A stretch of DNA of 18,296 nucleotides, taken from contig JBKHJL010000022.1 in NCBI GenBank assembly GCA_046538155.1, positions 1 through 18,296 on the forward strand, read 5' to 3'. Below the pieces are notes generated by a model. It did not search any database, was not told the origin of the DNA, and saw only the letters and a list, made by a program, of their open reading frames with translations. Below are positions 15,025-18,296 of this stretch, piece by piece. The position numbers and the translations under genes are program-made. The stretch comes from Candidatus Micrarchaeia archaeon. GTDB taxonomy: Archaea; Micrarchaeota; Micrarchaeia; Anstonellales; Bilamarchaeaceae. The first letter of the stretch is position 1. Each line of letters opens with the position of its first letter.

Positions 15025-16602
15025 CTATCCCTCCTCCAGTATAACCTGGGTTATGTCCCTGTCCGTCACATCTGCCTTGCGCTTGTCTGCAAGGGTGAAT
15101 ATGTTTATTACCGTGGTGTCCTCAATCCCTATTTCCTTCAGGAACATGGTTACGTTTGACCTTTCAACCCCAAAGCGCTCAAGCAGGATTATAAAGGAAG
15201 CAATATCCATGTGCCTGCTCTTCTGGTCAAAAAGACGCACCACGTCTTCAATGCGGCCTTCGCTGAGCCCGAACTCCCTGAGCCGCCTCCTCAAACTGTC
15301 TTTTTTAAATGAAACACTTCTTGCCACGTCCATCTCCTCCTTCTGCTTTTTTGTAAGGACCTTCCCGAGGTCCAGGAAAAATTCCTTCGTCGGCTCCTCC
15401 CCTTCAATCTTGTCTATAAGAAAGGTAGAAGGGTAAGGATTTGCGCTGGAAAATGCCATGTTTACCGCGGTTTCCCCTACTCCGAACTTTGAGATTGCAT
15501 CCCTCATGTATTCGCTGAAATTCAGGGTGCCCTGCAGGTAATTCATGAATTTTTCAAACTTGATTTTCAATATGAATGTTGTCCCCACATTTGAGAAAAT
15601 CGCCTCTGCAATATCTGTGGGGTTTTGCGATGCAACAATAAGCCCGAAGTTGTACTTCCTTCCTTCCCTGACTATCATCACCACATCGCTGTTTTCATCT
15701 TTCCCGATTTTCCAGGCCTCATCCAGCACAACAATCAACCGGAGCCCTTTTTCCGTGGCCCAGCCAGTGGCCCTCATCCTCTCCTTTATGAATTGGAGCA
15801 TGGCGAGAGCGCCAAGAGCGCGGAAGCGCTCGTCCGGGAGCCCTGAAAGGTCCAGGGCGACCAGGCCGGACTCTGTAAGCTCGCTGAGGCTGATTGTGCT
15901 CTGCTGGGCAAAGAAATCCTCCCCTGGCTTGGTGAACTGCTTCAGCCGGTATATTGCATTCTCAAGCTCTGCAGGGAACTCGTATGTTCCCATTGATGCC
16001 TTTTCCTCAAGAATGGTCATGACGTCCTTGAGCGTGGGCGCCTGGAGGGGCCTTCCAAGCTCGTCCCTCTGCTCCCTCTCATCCATCCTGAACTTGTTGT
16101 TCCTGTAAGCCTTTTCAATTGCCTGCTCGGTAAGGCGCTTCTGTTCCGGGTACTGGTCTATATTGGTGAGTATCCCTATTGTGCGCATCACCTGCTTTAT
16201 GCGGTCATAAGGCTTCATCCCGCCAAGGTCAAGAAGGTTCAGGTAAGAGCCCTTTCCAAGAGAAACAACCTTCCCCCCCGTCATCCTCACCCACTGCTTG
16301 TATTCCCCTGCCCAGTCTATTATCAGCGCATTTGAATCCCAGACAAAGGATGCGCGGGTAAGGAATGTTTTTATGAAATAGGATTTTCCTGAGCCTGTTA
16401 TTCCCACCACTGCAAGATGGGGGTTGGTAACCTCCTGGTAGGTCCAGTAAAAAGGAACATTCAGCATCTTTGTCCTGCCAACATAAATTCCCTGGGCAGG
16501 GTCCTTGCAGAGCGCCTCCATCGGAGGCTCCGGGGGATGGACAAGGATGTTCCTGCTTGATATGTCCTTGTTGGGCACCTTGCTTATTGAGAGCCTTCCC
16601 AC
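15025..16602 (-). CDS. VirB4/TraC-like (HerA/FtsK superfamily) P-loop ATPase
   Basis: GIYVGRT..VPFYW, NPHLAVVGITGSGKS (Walker A), LIIDWAGEY, LNLLD, PTLKDV, VALDLSGL, IVVLDEAW (Walker B), REGRKYN (Arg finger), ASQNPTD. GTG start after GAGGGGATGAT. Confidence 0.9.
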   Translation of the reverse strand: MGRLSISKVPNKDISSRNILVHPPEPPMEALCKDPAQGIYVGRTKMLNVPFYWTYQEVTNPHLAVVGITGSGKSYFIKTFLTRASFVWDSNALIIDWAGEYKQWVRMTGGKVVSLGKGSYLNLLDLGGMKPYDRIKQVMRTIGILTNIDQYPEQKRLTEQAIEKAYRNNKFRMDEREQRDELGRPLQAPTLKDVMTILEEKASMGTYEFPAELENAIYRLKQFTKPGEDFFAQQSTISLSELTESGLVALDLSGLPDERFRALGALAMLQFIKERMRATGWATEKGLRLIVVLDEAWKIGKDENSDVVMIVREGRKYNFGLIVASQNPTDIAEAIFSNVGTTFILKIKFEKFMNYLQGTLNFSEYMRDAISKFGVGETAVNMAFSSANPYPSTFLIDKIEGEEPTKEFFLDLGKVLTKKQKEEMDVARSVSFKKDSLRRRLREFGLSEGRIEDVVRLFDQKSRHMDIASFIILLERFGVERSNVTMFLKEIGIEDTTVINIFTLADKRKADVTDRDITQVILEEG

Positions 16603-16611
16603 ATCATCCCC

Positions 16612-17427
16612 TCACAATATGCTTTCCTCCAGGTCCTTTGGCCCTGAAGGGAATGCGTATTCCCATTCAAAACACTTCTTCATTTCATCTGCAGTCAGCT
16701 GCTCTACCTGTACGTTGAGGGCATTCTGAAGGGTTACCTTGAGTTCCCTTACCTGGGCCCTCAGGGTGGCAACCGCCGCTTCTTTTGAAACCCCTGAAGC
16801 CGAGGTCATTGCATATGCAAGCACGCCCATGGGCCTTACCCCCTTTATCAGGCGCTGGAGCTGGTTATCCCACATCCCGATTTCCCTCTCGTACTTGTCC
16901 ATCTTCAGGACATCCGGGTCTGCCTTGTCCCTCTCCCTTGCGAGGCGCAGCTGGGATTCTGCCTTCCTTGTTTCAATGGTCCTTCTTTTTTCCGCAACAT
17001 CCTCAGCATACAGGAGGTAGCAGATTTTCACAACATAACGCATGTTGGATATTGCCCTTTCAAAGTATTTGTTGTATGCAACATTCTGCTCCGGTCCCCT
17101 CTCGGTTGCGGATTCAAAAATCCTTACAGAAAGAAAAGCGGATGCATAATACTCGTTTCCAACTTTCTTTATAATTACGTCCTGGGAAGGGGGTATCTCA
17201 TACCCTGTATCCGTAACCATCACTATTTTCTGCCATTTTGTAATCAGGGGAACCGCAAGATATCCATACTTGAAGAATACCACTGCACCCAGTCCCCCCA
17301 ATCCTGCAAAAAGGCCTCCGATTATTCCCAGAATCCCGCTGGCGCTTGAGCTCAGGGCAAGTATTGCTCCGAGGAACGCAAGGGCTATAGAACCATACAT
17401 CAATTGCTTGGCAGATAGGGTAGCCAT
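16612..17427 (-). CDS. Hypothetical membrane protein: N-terminal 2-TM hairpin plus soluble domain resembling the VirB4 N-terminal region
   Basis: 271 aa. TMs about aa 9-27 and 30-54. Soluble alpha/beta part ends SKEAAVATLRAQVRELKVTLQNALNVQVEQLTADEMKKCF. GTGGTG upstream. First gene of the operon. The VirB4-NTD resemblance is by eye only. Confidence 0.8.
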   Translation of the reverse strand: MATLSAKQLMYGSIALAFLGAILALSSSASGILGIIGGLFAGLGGLGAVVFFKYGYLAVPLITKWQKIVMVTDTGYEIPPSQDVIIKKVGNEYYASAFLSVRIFESATERGPEQNVAYNKYFERAISNMRYVVKICYLLYAEDVAEKRRTIETRKAESQLRLARERDKADPDVLKMDKYEREIGMWDNQLQRLIKGVRPMGVLAYAMTSASGVSKEAAVATLRAQVRELKVTLQNALNVQVEQLTADEMKKCFEWEYAFPSGPKDLEESIL

Positions 17428-17460
17428 TCAGTCACACCACTCTGGGTATTTCGTTTAAGC

Positions 17461-17470
17461 TTTATAAATA
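17461..17470 (-). promoter_or_regulatory. Putative TATA box of the five-gene ATPase operon
   Basis: Minus strand reads TATTTATAAA, ending 33 nt before ATG 17427. It is preceded by CTTCTTTTT, a likely T-tract terminator of purB. Confidence 0.65.
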
Positions 17471-17492
17471 TATTGAATAAAAAGAAGGGGTT

Positions 17493-18296
17493 TTATTCGA
17501 GGGCAGCATCTACTATCTCCCCTGATTCCCCCAGATAGGTTGAAGGGTCCATGAGCCCGTCCAGCTCCTTTTCGCTGAACTTTTTTCCTGCCCCGCTTTC
17601 CCTGAGCACTTCCTTCAGGGTTTTACTTTCTTTGAACGCTTTCTGCGCCAATTCGCGCACTGCTTCATGGGCCTCCTGCCTGCCCATCCCCTTTTCCACC
17701 AGTGCAATCATTACGCGCTCGGCCATTACCAGTCCATGGGTGAGCTCCAGGTTGCGCTTTATATTTTCAGGATAGAATTCCAGGCCTTCAAGGATTGCGG
17801 CCATCTGCTTTGCCATGTAATCCGTAACTATGAAGCTTTCCGGGAAAATGAACCTCTCGTTTGCGGAATTCGTAAGGTCGCGCTCGTGCTCCAGGGAGAT
17901 GTTTTCAAGGGCAGTCTGCACGTTTGCGCGCACGATTCTTGCAAGGGAGCAAATTCTCTCGGACTTGTGCGGATTTCTTTTGTGCGGCATGGTTGAAGAG
18001 CCCACCTGCTTTTTCTTGAATGGCTCAGAGATTTCTCCCATCTCCGGGCGGGAAAGGTTGCGGATTTCCTTTGCCATCTTCTCTAAGGTTCCTGCGATTA
18101 TCCCGAGTGTGCAGAGCACCTCTGCGTGCCTGTCGCGCTGAATTACCTGGGTGGAGATTTTTGCGGGCTTAATTCCGAGCTCCTTCATTACAAGCTCCTG
18201 CATTTCAATTCCCTCACTTCCGAATGCAGCCATCGTGCCGGTTGCCCCGCTCATCTTGCCCACGGAAATTGTTTCCTTTGCTTTTTCCAGGCGCTC
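17493..18296 (-). CDS. purB: Adenylosuccinate lyase, 3' part (5' end outside the window)
   Basis: GKMSGATGT, ISTQVIQRDRHAE, fumarase-superfamily signature GSSTMPHKRNP, HERDLTNSANER. Frame stays open to the window edge (ERLEKAKETISVGK...). Confidence 0.96.
   Translation of the reverse strand, partial: ERLEKAKETISVGKMSGATGTMAAFGSEGIEMQELVMKELGIKPAKISTQVIQRDRHAEVLCTLGIIAGTLEKMAKEIRNLSRPEMGEISEPFKKKQVGSSTMPHKRNPHKSERICSLARIVRANVQTALENISLEHERDLTNSANERFIFPESFIVTDYMAKQMAAILEGLEFYPENIKRNLELTHGLVMAERVMIALVEKGMGRQEAHEAVRELAQKAFKESKTLKEVLRESGAGKKFSEKELDGLMDPSTYLGESGEIVDAALE

Noticed and set aside
15025..16602. DNA-repair HerA helicase or a HerA-based defence system
   Set aside because: No N-terminal HAS barrel and no nurA/mre11/rad50 or Sir2/nuclease partner. 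The neighbours are membrane proteins and the motifs look more VirB4-like.
11259..17427. Integrated conjugative element or provirus
   Set aside because: No integrase, relaxase, replication or capsid gene and no flanking direct repeats. The operon overlaps or abuts housekeeping genes and shows no obvious compositional shift.
552..18141. Numerous 60-210 aa alternative-frame and antisense ORFs (e.g. 1807-2436, 2895-3479, 8306-8869, 15545-16108)
   Set aside because: They overlap well-supported genes, show the Ser/Phe/Pro-rich composition expected from antisense of Glu/Lys-rich genes, and carry no recognisable motifs.
1..18296. CRISPR array, rRNA or transposase
   Set aside because: No regularly spaced direct repeats, rRNA-like segments or transposase motifs were seen.

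Overview
Archaeal chromosomal window (GGTG-type ribosome-binding motifs, TATA boxes, archaeal-type IleRS, RFC and PRPP synthetase). A DPANN/Micrarchaeota-like origin is my impression and is not established. The left two-thirds is mostly housekeeping: an 8-Cys zinc-finger microprotein, ileS, a single-domain KaiC-like ATPase, rfcS, a TMEM175-family K+ channel, an unknown coiled-coil protein, tRNA-Glu(UUC), tmk, pyrB-pyrI, prs and a GT4 glycosyltransferase. The 3' part of purB lies at the right edge. The most interesting element is a tightly coupled five-gene minus-strand operon (17427->11259) with its own TATA box. It encodes a 2-TM protein whose soluble part resembles the N-terminal half of VirB4, a VirB4/HerA-type ATPase with an extra C-terminal repeat domain, a 2-TM protein with a degenerate Zn finger and basic tail, a leucine-zipper/winged-helix protein, and an 851-aa 2-TM protein with a large external domain. 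No relaxase, integrase, transposase or att repeat is visible in the window, so it looks like a chromosomally domesticated T4SS/Ced-like membrane machine. Secondary signals: a hairpin-dense ~250-nt intergenic region next to the tRNA, FYVE-like Cys spacing in the microprotein, a probable non-ATG start for tmk, and a Walker A variant. All family assignments come from motif recognition by eye; no searches were run.
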